A DNA stretch of 64,000 nt from Felis catus. Taxonomy: Eukaryota. A program made the position numbers and the translations under genes. The notes below the pieces were generated by a model. The model did no database searches, was not told the DNA's origin, and was given only the letters and a program-made list of their open reading frames with translations. Of the stretch, positions 50,067 to 62,764 are shown in pieces; within the stretch, counting starts at the first letter, position 1, and each line of letters begins with the position of its first letter. The DNA lies in assembly GCF_018350175.1 (NCBI RefSeq), contig NC_058368.1, positions 120,468,001-120,532,000 on the forward strand, given 5' to 3'.

Positions 50067-52469
50067 TCACCTTTGTGTTTTTACGCTTTTCAAAATCTTT
50101 AAAACTTATAAAGTTTTAAATGAGACTATCTTACTATTAATAGATCAGATTTTAAACACAATGTTAACTTACATTTAGATATAACCCATTTCACAATATC
50201 AGCACCACCCCATATAGGCCATCCCTTCTATTGATTTTTATTCTTATTCACTTCTCTTCTCTCCCAAAAAGTGAAGGCTTTGTTTTGTTTTGTTTTGACT
50301 CTCTTAATCTCCATGATAATTGCCATGATAAGAGAGCATAAAGCAGGAGTTGAATTCTTCTCAGTTACAGCCCTTTGTAAAACACCAACTGTGCACAGCA
50401 AATTGGATATGCTATGATTCTATGTTGATTTGTGCTTTTCATAGAAACTGTCTACCTAAATGCATTACTGATTTAAATTCTACAGTAAAAGTGTGGCAAC
50501 ATGGGAAAAAAGTAGACTAGGAAGAAATAAAGTCTTATTTGCAGCAAAAAATCATGGGAGTTACCAGCTCAGGGAAATTATGTACCTGAAGCCCAGAAAT
50601 ACTAACAGAGAAACTCAAAATTCGCTGTGTGGATGAAAAGATGAATCTTCACCAAGTAAAGAATATTAGAAAATATAACCCAGGGAACAGGGCCCATGTG
50701 TGTGGGTGTGTGGGTGTGTGTATTTATTGGGAGGGGAGGTGACTGTGTGATGGTGAAGGACCTTGGAAATGTTATAAGTAGGATTGTGTTTTTACACTCT
50801 TAACCTGTAGGAAGTAAGAGAAGTGTTAATAACACCAGGCAGCAAGTGTGGTAAGGGATTTATGGCACTGTGTGTTTTCCCAAAAGCATATTGCAATTGG
50901 GCCTCAAACTGTCCTTCCTTTTTTTTTTTCTTTTTTTAACTACCTTTGAACTTGGGTGCACTGCTTTAAAAAACCTGAACCATCCTGTGTACCCTGGACA
51001 CACGCATACCAAACCTACCTGTCAGGGGGCTTCTATTCATAAATATTTCATACAAATCCTCTCCTCTGAGAACACCCCTTCAAGAGCCTCTGCATCTGAT
51101 TTCCCTTTTATTAACATAACCCCATATTTGACATTCATCTGTACCGTTGTTTAGTAGTTATTTTAGTATGGTCAAGTAGCTCGCACTTCCCTACTGAATT
51201 TGGAATTTATGCAAACTCTTATCATTAAATATCATCCAATATATTTTATTATTTATATATCTGACTCCCTGCTATGCTTGATTTATTAAAGAGGAATGAG
51301 GAGGTCTGATCTTTTTCTCTATTCCTAGCATTTAGAAAAGAGCCATGCCCAGTATAGTACTTGATCTCTGTTGTAAGGATGAATATTTTCCATTTTTTTT
51401 GCTAGGAATATCTATCAATGGGTATGTATACTATATGTACATTCTACTCCTTGTGTGTGTTACTAACACTAGAACCACTTTTTCAATGTCTATGCCACAA
51501 AAAGTTGTAACCTCTTTAGGGTAATGAGATAACAGAAAAAAAAAACATGCCTGGCCACAAAAATTTTAGGGAACATTGTTGACATCATGGTATCCCATGA
51601 TACCATTGTGAAAACAAATAATGGAGTACATTAACACCATCATTAGGAGTTAATTATTTCTAAATCTTATAGTCCCCAATTGTGGTATTTTCACAGTTTC
51701 CTCTCATTTCAGTCATTTTGTACCATAATCACCAATATCTATATTAAATAGTGGGTGGGACATTATCAGAAGAGGTAAGATAAGTAAGCCTGCCAATAAG
51801 GATTTTGCTACCAGTCTGTCACATAGAATCCTTCCTGTGAACGTTGGCAAGTTTCTAGGTGGATTCTAGCTCCCCTGCCATCCTCCCATCTAGGCTTTCT
51901 CCTATATCTCTGTATCAAAAGAATACCCCCATTATAGCAAGTTTCTTTAGACAATATGATGATAAATGTGTCATTTGATTCAGTTACTCACTTTTCAACC
52001 AGTTATTTCAACAAAATGATCAAGTGTCTAGAAAGTGCTGAACCTGGAGCTAAAGGAAAATAAATATGAGTTTAGGGTAACTTAACCACACTGAACTCAG
52101 TGTTCTCACCCATGAAATGGAAATGATCCTACTTATAGCACATAGCTGAAGAGTTGCTCTAGAAATCAAATGAGAAAGAGGGCACAAAAGTGTTTTGGGA
52201 TTTCCTAAGCACTGTCCCCATGGAGTTAATATTGCTTCACTGAAACATGGTGAATTTAAAAAATTTTGCTGTCCCACTCTTCAAAAGTGGTGGCAAACAA
52301 AAAGCAAAGTTGCTTCGGGGAATAGAGGAAGCATCAGAAATCATACCTGCCTTGATTTGCATCTTTGTTTTCTAGAAGTGCTGTCTTCCAGTAGCCTTTC
52401 AATTAAAGAGGATCACAGGGTCTGCTTTCAGTTTTTGACTTAGAAAGTTTGCTGTCACCTTCTACTACT

Positions 52470-52960
52470 GTAGTTGAGAGTTGTGACTTTTTTTTTTTTA
52501 TTCTTCTGATACAGTGAATACATTCCCTCCCTGTGAAATAGCCATGCAGCTGGAAGAGGATTTATCTATCTCCAACTGCAGAGGATCCTAACTGGCACAA
52601 GTCACTTATGCTTGACAATCCTGTGGTCACATGGGTTGATTCAAGGATTAACAACTAACCTAACTTGGCCCCAATATACTAAAGGAAACCTTTTGTGAAA
52701 TGGTGGGAAAAACATCTTTCCTTCACTTCTTTCTCCCCACTTATTCATAGCACCTTTAGCAGCCACTTTGTGGCTGAAGGAGAACCAGTCTATGGATGAA
52801 ACAGACAACATAGAAGACATAAAGATAAAAAAGGATAGAAATAGGGATGATCCTTTTGACTCACTTTTCAAAAATCTTCATAAAACTTCTACCTTTGAAT
52901 ACCATGGTTACTGAATATGCTCGAATATAAAGAATAATACTTTTAGGCCACCACTTAAAA
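52470..52960 (+). mobile_element. Old MLT1K/L-like LTR
   Basis: ggttgattcaagga...taacctaa.ttggcccaat...gcagccactttg...gaaggagaaccagtctatggatgaa. Confidence 0.55.
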
Positions 52961-54635
52961 AAAACTCTGAGAAAAGAAAATGATGGCTTTTCTTAACACC
53001 CTAACCAGTCTTTTATATTACAGAAGTTTTCTTACATACTTCTTTTAGAGAAAAAATTAGTACTATTTGAGTAAGTCATCTTAGCCTAAGACATAATCAA
53101 TGTTAGTTTGGGATATACGTATAAAATACTTGAGAGAATCTGTTAAAAAAAAAAAAAGGAAAACTTTAACATGAATTCAGTAATTATTTTGGGGAAATAT
53201 GATTTTATAATTGAGAGTATTGAATGCCATTGTAAGAAAGACTTTCATGTTTTCAGGATCCATTCAGATAGTTGCATACTATAATATATAAATATTTATA
53301 TATGCATTCCATTCTAATAAATACCTTATGTACTATAATATATATATATACATTATTATAATATAGCATTAAGGCATATATAGTTAAGATGAATAAGAAA
53401 ACAGCCATCAAAACCATACTATTAAGTACTTGTGGCTTAGGATAACATTTTTATGATAACATCAGACACGGATACCAAAAGTGCTATGTCACAAACACCA
53501 AACACTCCAGACAGAAGTGAAAATCATTTGCTCTGGAACACTGTTAGAAAACTCAGCACTTACTCCTCACGAGGGCAAAGAAGATACATGTCCAGAATTT
53601 AAATCAGATACTTCCATGAAAAACGACATTGGGGAAAAAAAGCTATATTCCAAATTAATGTGTAGTTTTATAACATACTATTTAAAATGCGTAAGCAAAT
53701 TAATAAACATCAGAAGCGAACTTCTGTAATTGGCACAGATAAGAATTTATGTATTCACATTCAGACAGTCATTCTCAAGTTTTGGCTGCCATGGCACCTT
53801 TAGCCTGTGGAGTAGCACTGGGGTTAGAACCTGGCAACTGGAGTTAGAAAAACTCACTTCTCCAACCACCATGCAATTTAGGAATGCTTGTAAGTCTTGA
53901 CAAGCTTCTGCTACGTGGGGATAATCATGGTATTTACTTCATAAATAGATAGAAAAAATAGATAATGCAAGAGAAATTATTAGCATGCCCTTAAACATAC
54001 TATATTCTAAGTATCTGTTGGATAAATGAACAGAAAGAGAAGGAGGAGCATGATTCAAGTGATTAAAAATTATTTCCTCTGTACTTTTAGTCACCGAGAG
54101 AAAGTGTAATGTCTATAGATGACTCCTTAGTGCAGGTGTCTAAAACTTCTTCCTTTTCAATTTCGTTCTCTCTCACAGTGTTTCACTTTCTGGCCTAGCC
54201 TGCCAGTGGGAGCACCAGCATCCTGCTTCTGAATGTTTTAATTTGACAGGCATTTTCTAACATGAAATTGGCATAGTATATGTCAAAGATACTTTGGAGA
54301 GGTATTTGGTTAATGACTGATGAGTCCTTTGGGACCTTTAGATAAAATGGTCTCTCTAACCTTAAATTATTTCATTGAGCATTCTCTTTTAGCAGAGTGG
54401 TCCTTTTGAAGATATTTTTTTCCCTTTGTAGATGTGAATATTTAAAGAATGAGTTTCAAGTAGAAAATGCACAACTTATCTTACAAAACCAAAATCAGTT
54501 TCTCCTATAATCCATCTTCTACCTTGATAAGAACGATCTGAATTAAAAATATATTTGACTTTAAAATAAACACAATGCTGCATAGCACAAAAATTCCTAA
54601 GATAAAAGCAACTTAACTTACACTTAACTTACATT

Positions 54636-54639
54636 CTTT

Positions 54640-54691
<52 letters not shown>

Positions 54692-54696
54692 TTTTT
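54636..54696. repeat. (CTTT)n STR
   Basis: About 13 units. Confidence 0.97.
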
Positions 54697-54759
54697 GTGC
54701 TCATGTCTATTAAATTACTAAAATCACATCATTTTGCTATTTAAAGGAACAGAAAATAA

Positions 54760-55000
54760 AATAGTAGTTAACATTCATTGGGTGCTTCAAATATGTTAAG
54801 GACTACTAAAAAAACATGTATTACCTCAGTTGAACATTAGAACAGTCCCATTAGGTTAGCATTTTTATTGTTCCTATTATATGAGTGTAAAAACTATTAG
54901 AGAGGGATTAAGTAATGGGCCTAATATCACAAATTAGACTAGAAGTTAAGATAAGACTTTGTGATGTCAGAGCCCATACTGGTAGCCACCACCACATTGC
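54760..55000 (-). mobile_element. MIR
   Basis: taacattcattgggtgctt...aaact...agagagggattaagtaa...tcagagcccata...accaccacattgc. Confidence 0.65.
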
Positions 55001-55184
55001 ACTGGCTCCACTCCACAATATTTAATAGAATATACCAGTTTTATAGTGTAATAGTATTTTAGGCCAAAAATACAGAACACTGGTCTGTGGGTGTCTTCTG
55101 AAGACTTCTGCACCTAATTTTCTCCATCTTCCAGTCTTATTAAAAAGTCTTTCTTCCTTCCTACCTTTTCCTGTTCCCTCCATT

Positions 55185-56120
55185 AACATAACATCCATGT
55201 GCCAGGCACATTGCCAAGTGCCTTATTACAGAGATGAACAAGACATCGCTCTTTCCCTCCAATGAATACATGCTGATTGAGGAAAGGAACCAGTAAACAA
55301 ACTACTGTAGAAGTTGTGTAAAATGCTATGCAAGAGAAAAATACAGGTGTTTTTTCAGAGCTGTGATTCTCCAAGTGTGGTTCTGAACTAGCAGCATCAG
55401 CATCACCTGGCACTTGGTAAAAATGCACACTTTCAGGGCCAACCCCAGACCTACTATTGAATCAGAAACTCTGGGGGTAGGGCCCAGCCACCTGTGTTTC
55501 TGCAAGCCCTCCAGGTGATTCCTATACACAGAATTTTGAGAATCACTGGTCTAGAGCAGAGATGTTAGGGCAGGATTTCTAGAGGGTCAGATATCTGAGT
55601 TGAGTTTCAAAGGATGAAGAGAAACTAGCAGAACAAAGACCAGTGTTCCAAGGAAGGAAAGCATCCTTGCCAGCCCTAGGGGTATGAGGGAGCATAACCA
55701 CAACAGGGATTTGCAAGGCATTCAGTATGGCCAAAGTAATAATCCTGGTGTGGCTAGGGAGGGATATGGGGACAGATGTGACTGGTCAAATGCAATTAAT
55801 CAGAACCTGAAAATTCTTGCTAATCATGTTAATGAGATTTACCTTGATGGGAATGAAGCCTCACTGAAGGATTAGAATCAGAGACATCATTTACAGTGGG
55901 GCAAGATGGGAGACAGAAAGATAAAGATTATGATAAAGATAAAGACAGAAAGATAAAGATTATGGCATAAACATAAGTGACGAACAGAGAGATTCTAAAA
56001 TTAAAAAAAAAACAGCAATGGAGAAAGGGATAAAAGAATATATTTCAGAGATGTTTTGATAACAATTATGTTGACTTACTGGAGGTGAGGAACTTCCTAA
56101 AAGAGAGAGCATCCAGGATA
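55185..56120 (-). mobile_element. L2 fragment interrupted by MER5A
   Basis: atgtgccaggcacattgccaagtgc...agagatgaacaagac; continues tctgagttgagtttcaaaggatgaag. Confidence 0.65.
55361..55548 (+). mobile_element. MER5A hAT-Charlie MITE
   Basis: Full-length match: agcagcatcagcatcacctgg...cccagacctact...gaatcagaaactctggggg...aagccctccaggtgatt...tttgagaatcactg. Confidence 0.92.
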
Positions 56121-56139
56121 AGCCCTGAGACCGAATTTG

Positions 56140-56672
56140 AACATTACTGCATATACCATTCTATACACCTCTTGCCTTCTGTCCCAGGGTTACCCTGTTG
56201 ACTTGGAGGTATAACAAGTCATAGAACGCCACTTGACACCCACCCATAAGTAATCTGGAAGTAAAGAAATGTTAATGGTTTATGAGGCAAGTCTATAATC
56301 ACCAGGAGAAAGAAGCCAATTGGATCAAGTATTTCCCTTTTCTCTCCCTAAAACTAATTTAAACAGCTTCTTGGGTGGCCAGCTTGGTAATAGGTCTCTG
56401 CATTTGCTTTCTCTCCTTCCGTGCTTAACCACCCCTGACCCTTACTCACTGAATAACTTAGGTAGAGGGGGAAGGGTTCTCTTGACTTCCTGTAGAGTCA
56501 AATCTGCAGTCACACACCAGTATTCCCAGAAATCACCTGTATCTCTCCAGTACATCTCCACCTGCTGGTTTTCAGTTACCATAACAAGTCCAGGGGATCA
56601 CACTCCCTAATAAAATAGTAGCAATTATCCTTTGCCTCAGTCTCTGCCTTCTGAGGAACTCAGGATAGTTCA
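56140..56672 (+). mobile_element. LTR16-like ERVL solo LTR carrying a foreign insert
   Basis: 3' end gggatcacactccctaataaaatagtagca...cctttgcctcagtctctgccttctgaggaactcagg. Confidence 0.65.
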
Positions 56673-57851
56673 GCACTGCCAAACTGAGCACTTTGTGATC
56701 ATTCTACCATGTCTGAAGCATTATGCTAGGTGCTAGGGATAAAGCAATGAACCATAGCCCCTGCTACCACGGGCTTGGAATCTACGCTATTTACAGACGA
56801 GCGCACTGACAAATATAGTATTATAAGTACTCTGATGCAGAAATGTGAGTGCTATGGAAACACAGGAAAAACTGCCTTAAAAAAGAACTAGGAAGACAAG
56901 TTGAATCGAAGGCATCAAAGCACTCATGTGAAGAAATCTAATAGGCTAATGAAATTTGGGCTGGAGAATTGGCTTGGGATTCATCAGTTTATGGAGCCTT
57001 TAAAGTAATCAGAAAGGATGAAAGGGGAAGAAATTATAGGAGACAGTCTTGTTTGGAGAAGGGGACATTGTGAGTAAGCTCAGTAAGCTATCACGGAGTC
57101 TAAGAAGCAGCGGCTAGAATGGTAATTGGGCCCATCACTAGGCAGCTCCACAAAAGTGTATAGCTACCTCATTCCTCCACCCCTTTGGGCCTTAGCTTCC
57201 CCATCTCTCATAAGAGAGTTTTCGTTTAGATAATTATCAAATTCCCTCTCCTCTCTGGCATTTTCTTTCATTCATTAGCTATTAGATTATAGTCTGTAGG
57301 TAGAAGAAATGTTGGAGATAGAACAAAATACATCTTATTCTCAATTTGTGTCCTGTAAAATACTTCCTTAAATAGATCTCTGTTTTCCACTTGCAAAGCA
57401 AGAAAAATATGTATTTGCATACAGGTTATTTGGGTTCCAGATAAAAGATATGTGCAGCACTGCAAAATCTAAGCCTTCCTATTACCGTGTTTTTTCTCCC
57501 TTGTACACGTGGGATAAATGCACTCAGGCATGACAAAATGGTTTATGCAGTCACAAAGGAAAGCAAAAAATCCTGACTTTCTGATCCCCAGATGTTTTGC
57601 AGTTTACATGCCCTTCTCTGTCACGAAAAGCCTTGCAAAGCAGTGCAAGGAGCTGGTTTTTCAGCTCTCTTCACAGAGTTCTGAAGCTCAGAATCCACAC
57701 CGTGTCTGCTGCTCTGTCCTAGCAGGGCCACCTAGAGCCCTGTCCTCTTTCCTGCCAGGTGGTGAAGCTGAAGGGGCAACAGAAGACCAGAATAGAACCA
57801 AATGTTTCATTGGAACCCACAGAACAAGGCAGTATGAGGCAGTGGCTTGCA

Positions 57852-58230
57852 CCAGTGCTTTTTGCATGCATGAATTGCCTGGAGCACTTGGTTGCGGTGA
57901 AGATTCTGATTCGGTAGGTCTGAGGTGCAGTGGTGTTGGGAGCTGGCTCCTCTACTGCCCTGACGGAAGAGATCAGTAACATCTCTCCTTTTCCCTATGC
58001 TCTATGACTTCACCGAACTTCACGTTGGTAGTTTGTCATCTGCCACGGTGGGAGTATTTACACCATGGAAGTCAGCAAACACTACAAAGGACCCCCTCCA
58101 CACATAGTCTCCAAAAAGCTTATGGGGAAACATTTTCCAGAACTGCACTGGGGATAAGGTCTGAAATTCTGCATTTTGAGCAAACTCCTCTGTGATGTTG
58201 GTTCCCAGACCACACTTTGAGTAGGAAAGG
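57852..58230. mobile_element. MER5A1-like MITE split by a MER63-like element
   Basis: agattctgattcggtaggtctgagg | ctgaaattctgcattt...cagaccacactttgagtag. Confidence 0.75.
57928..58150. mobile_element. MER63-like hAT-Blackjack MITE
   Basis: TIR-like CAGTGGTGTTGGGAGCTGGCT ... CCAGAACTGCACTG; internal ggtgggagtatttacaccatggaa. Confidence 0.7.
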
Positions 58231-58234
58231 GTTT

Positions 58235-58545
58235 CTAGCACAGGGTCTGGAGTCAACCAGGTTAGGAGTAAATTCTGACCCTCCCTGGTAAACAAGTATA
58301 AATTGTACAGCCTATACAAACTACCCATTAAAACAATGTATCTCACGTTATTTGCTTGCGTAAACTGGCCTGACATTTTCTATTTTAATTTCCCGGGGCC
58401 TCAGTTTCTCCATTTGTAAAATGGACAACGGGGATCATTTCCTACTGCCTAGTACTGTCTCAAGCAATAAATTAAGTAATGTGCTTACAGCACAGTACCT
58501 GGGACAGAATAACCATCAATTAATATCAATGTTTGTTATTTTTAC
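58235..58545 (+). mobile_element. MIR with internal insertion
   Basis: gggtctggagtca...; gcctcagtttctccatttgtaaaatgg...cagcacagtacctgggacag. Confidence 0.7.
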
Positions 58546-61419
58546 TTACCAGGAGATAATTCCATAAAATTGATGCCAGTGGCAGAGAAAACCCAATCAT
58601 ATGGCAAGCAAACATCTCATTAGAACGCATAAATATCATGAACTATCACTATGTACATTTTAAACATTTTTGTCTCCCACGTAATTCATTTTTTTTTCTA
58701 TAAACCTAACTCAACAAAATTAAGATTCCAAGATGTTTGGAGGTGAGCAGAGGTCTTGGGAGAGAGAGAAGAAAGAAAACTAATTTTGTACTGTATGTGT
58801 CCCGGAAAATACAAAACTTGTTGGGGTTTTTTGTTTGTTTGTTTTGAAAAAAAAAAAGCATTCTCTTTCTGCTCTCTCTTTCATGAAGATGAAAGTGTTT
58901 CTCCTTGACACAGAGACAACATTAGGCATTTTATATTTCTGGAGCCCATCACATGCCTTTCATCCCCAAGTTCATGAATAACTTACATTCAGAGTGAGAA
59001 TGGGTTCTCTTTACTTCCTGTGGAGTCAAGTCTGCAGTCACACCACCAGTGTTGCCAGAAATCACCCGTACGTCTCCAGTGCATCTGGATGATGCAGACC
59101 CCCTTCAGCAGATACCTGAGTGTTTGTATTACCTGCTGGTTCTCAGTTACCTTAGCAAGTTCACCCCCTCACAAATTCAAGAGGACAGAGCTAGAACATG
59201 CATCATGACTTACGGGGAAAGAAAACTGCTTTTCATTAGCCATGTGGAGTGTAGTAAGACTGGCAACATACACCTTTTGTGACCTTTCAAGTAGAAAAGA
59301 AAAAAATAAAGAGGACATAAATTTTAACAATAAAAACTATTGTATAAAGCCTATTTGCACCTAACTTTCTGAGGTAGGTGGTAATCAAAAAATTACGTCA
59401 ATACGTGGCGCTTGTTAAAGGAAAGTATGCTGACAGATCATTTCGATTTAGCCAGGTATTTTATTCACCATGATAGAAACTTTCAATGTTTTTTTGTGTT
59501 TCAGCAAAACACAAATACACTAAAAGAATGAGACACAGTGCCGTCAGTAACCAAGCCCCTTACACCCCCAATCCCAGGGAGATTTGGGACCAATGTGTCA
59601 GGCTACAAAAGAGAGGCTGACCACAACTCCCATCATCCCCTTTATTCATTCCTGATTGGGAATTGCTTTTGTTAGGGAAGAAGCACATGTATCTCCAAAC
59701 AGCACAGTTGATATTCTTCTGCACTTCAAGTACCACTCTCTTTTGGCAGAAAGAATAGTTGCAAAATGAAGGGCTTCCTAACCATTGGGTGCCATAAAAC
59801 CCAAATAAAAATGTTGGTCCATATGCCACCTTCCATGTTCAAGATTCAGAACTCTCATGAGGTCCTCCAGAAGTTTATGAACCTAAACCCAAACAAAAAT
59901 GAAACACAAACAAAGCTACTCCACTGGTAAGAATATGGAATTCAGAGATACAAAGACTCCCTCCAAATCAGTTACTGAACCTGCAAAATTTCATTTATTA
60001 ATATGATAAATATTATAGGTATGTGTTATATAATATATAGTTAATATAATGCCATCAGTTATTAATTACTTTATTATCTCTGAATTTCCTTTTGTTTTTC
60101 ACCTATGAAATTGGTGTACTATCAACCTTGCAAAATTGTTATAAATGTAGAAATAAGCTGTAGAAAATGTGCGGACCAGCTACTGGATTTATAAAATCCT
60201 GAATGCATGTCACCTTGCTGACACAGATGGTCTACTATTTTACCTAAAAGATAAGGGGATATGGCATTTTCCCCTCAGCAGGACAACTAACTGTGCAGTA
60301 TTAAAAGTGATTTTCTTATTGCTGGTCCCCATAGGTCACCCAGATTCAACCAGAGTTTCCCCATGTTGATTGCCCCAATAACCCTGTCATATTATCTAGC
60401 TGCCTTTGCATTCAACATGTTCTCTGTGTGACACTCTTACATTCCCCCCAAATTAAAGTCCACATGAAAAGAGCCTGAATACTTGGTCATTAGAATCACT
60501 CACTCTGCTGAGTTGAAATCCCTCTGGCCTCATGTTTTTAGTAAGCAGTGTTTCATTGTTGGGTTTTTTCGTTGGTTGGCTGGTTGGTTTGTTTTTCCAA
60601 ATGGTTACAGGCTCTCATTCTACTCTCCACAGAACAGCAAAGGGAATAGTGTCTGACTCACTGAACTTTGGCTTTGTTTACACAAGCAGGGAAATATGGA
60701 CGTGAAGAGGACATTAGGGAATGTGTGGACTAGTGGAGCCACCAAGCCTGAAAGCCGAGGGTGTAAGTAGCCTTAAACCACAGCCAGCCAGTGGCCCCGT
60801 AAATTACGCCTGCCAACCCATGGAGCAAATTGAAAAACCAAAACAGATTAGGCAAGAATGTGAAATGTGGCCAGGGAGAGAAATTTAGCTACGGTAGCAA
60901 ACGGAAGTGCTGCTCAGGAGTTGTTCATGGTACAGTGATGCTAATTTCAGAGAAGCAATACAATTAACTTGCCAGGCTACATGATAGCCACATGCAGATG
61001 AGTATAGATTACCGGACCTTGGAGAAAAAAAACCAAAATGCACACAGGGACTTGCTGTTGAATGCAATGTTTCTGAACCGTGTAAACAGGGCAACTATCT
61101 AAGATAGTGGAGTTGTCCAGTTGTCCAACTGTAGCTTCTTAGACCGGGCCTTAGGGAATCTACTAACTGTCAGAAATCTTAACTAGAAGGGGCATCATCC
61201 CTTCAGTCCATAGAGAAACATAAGGTGTTTACGATTTTCACCATGTTCTACACACCTGCTTAGCTCTCTCGAGTATAGGGCACTGTGGTTTAGAGTGTAA
61301 TTAAGCCTTCATCCCTTCCTAAATTTTATCTAGAATCATTTTTTTTAATTGTAACAATAATTGTGTGTATGACTTAAATATAGATGAGGGACTTTCACAT
61401 AATTTTTTCTAGTTAATTT

Positions 61420-61665
61420 TTCCTAATTTAAGTAAATTAACATACAATGTTATATTAGTTTCAGGTGTACAAATTGTGATTTGACAATTCTATACATTAC
61501 ACGTGGCTTACCACAATAAATGTTCTCACCATCTTTCACCATACACAGTTACTACAATCTTAAGGACTATATTCCCTATGCTGTAATTTTCATCTCTGTG
61601 ATTTATTTTATGCCTGAAATTTTTTACCTCTTAATCTCCTTCACCCATTTTGCCTCTCCTCTCCT
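61420..61665 (-). mobile_element. Carnivore L1 3'UTR fragment
   Basis: ttaacatacaatgttatattagtttcaggtgtaca...actatattccctatgctgt. Confidence 0.88.
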
Positions 61666-61669
61666 ATCA

Positions 61670-62220
61670 TTAAATTTAGTTTCCTAATATTTTGTTGAAG
61701 ATTTTTGCATGTGTTGATCAGATATTGGCTAATACTTTTCTTTTATGGTGTCTTTCTCTAGTTTTGGTATCAGGGTGATGCTTGACTCATAGAATCAATT
61801 ATGAAGCATTCCTTCCACTTTCAATTTTTGGAGTAGATTTTGAAGGATAGATATTAACTCTTCTTTAATGTTTGATGGTATTCACCTATGAAGCCATCTG
61901 GTCCTAGGCTTTTGTTTGCTAAAAGTATTTTTTGCTTGTTTTTATTCAAGTATAATTAATATACAGTGTTATATTAATTTGTTGGGAGTTTACCAATTCC
62001 ATTTCATTACTAGTAATTATTCTGTTCATATTTTCTATTTCTGATTCAGCCTTAGAAGATTAGGTATTTCTAGCAATTTATCCATTTCTTCCAGGTTGTC
62101 CAATTTGTTAGCATTTAATTGTTCATAGTATTCTTGTTATAATCTTTAATATTTCTGTGGTGTCCCTTGTAACTTTTCTTTCATTTCTGATTTTACTTGA
62201 CTTTTCTCTCTTTTTTCTCT
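61670..62220 (-). mobile_element. L1 ORF2 fragment
   Basis: taatattttgttgaagatttttgcat...gttttggtatcagggtgatgct...gaagccatctggtcct. Confidence 0.88.
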
Positions 62221-62694
62221 TGTTTTTACTGAAGTACAGTTGATACACAATGTTACATTAGTTTCAGGTATACAACATAGTGATTCAACATTGTTATGTT
62301 GTATATGTTACGCTGTACTCACCCCAAGTATAGCTACTATCTGGCACCATACAACACTCTTACAGTACCATCGATTATATTCCATATGCTGTAACTTTTA
62401 TCCCTGTGACATACTCATTCTATGACTGGGAGCCTATACTCCCCACTCCCCATCACTCATTTGGCCCATCCCCTTGCCCACTACTCTCTGACAACCATCA
62501 GTGTCTCTTCTGTATTTATGCATCTGTTTCTGCATTTCAGTTTATTTGTTTAGTTTCTTAGATTCCAAATATAAGTGAAATTATATATTTCTCTTTCTCT
62601 GACTCATTTCACTTAGCACAGTATCCTCTAGATCCACCCATATTGTTGCAAATGGCAAGATCTCATACTTTTTTATGGTTAATATTCCACCTTT

Positions 62695-62710
62695 TGTGTG
62701 TATGTGCGCG

Positions 62711-62762
<52 letters not shown>
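62695..62762. repeat. (TG)n(CG)n(CA)n alternating purine-pyrimidine tract
   Basis: tgtgtgtatgt + (gc)7 + (ac)~21. Confidence 0.97.

Positions 62763-62764
<2 letters not shown>

Noticed and set aside
57518..57979. 153-aa ORF, the longest in the window
   Set aside because: Runs into MER5A1/MER63-like repeats; no recognisable protein similarity.
58986..59195. Minus-strand coding exon ending at a GTAAGT donor
   Set aside because: Stops in all frames from the plausible acceptor; no recognisable peptide.
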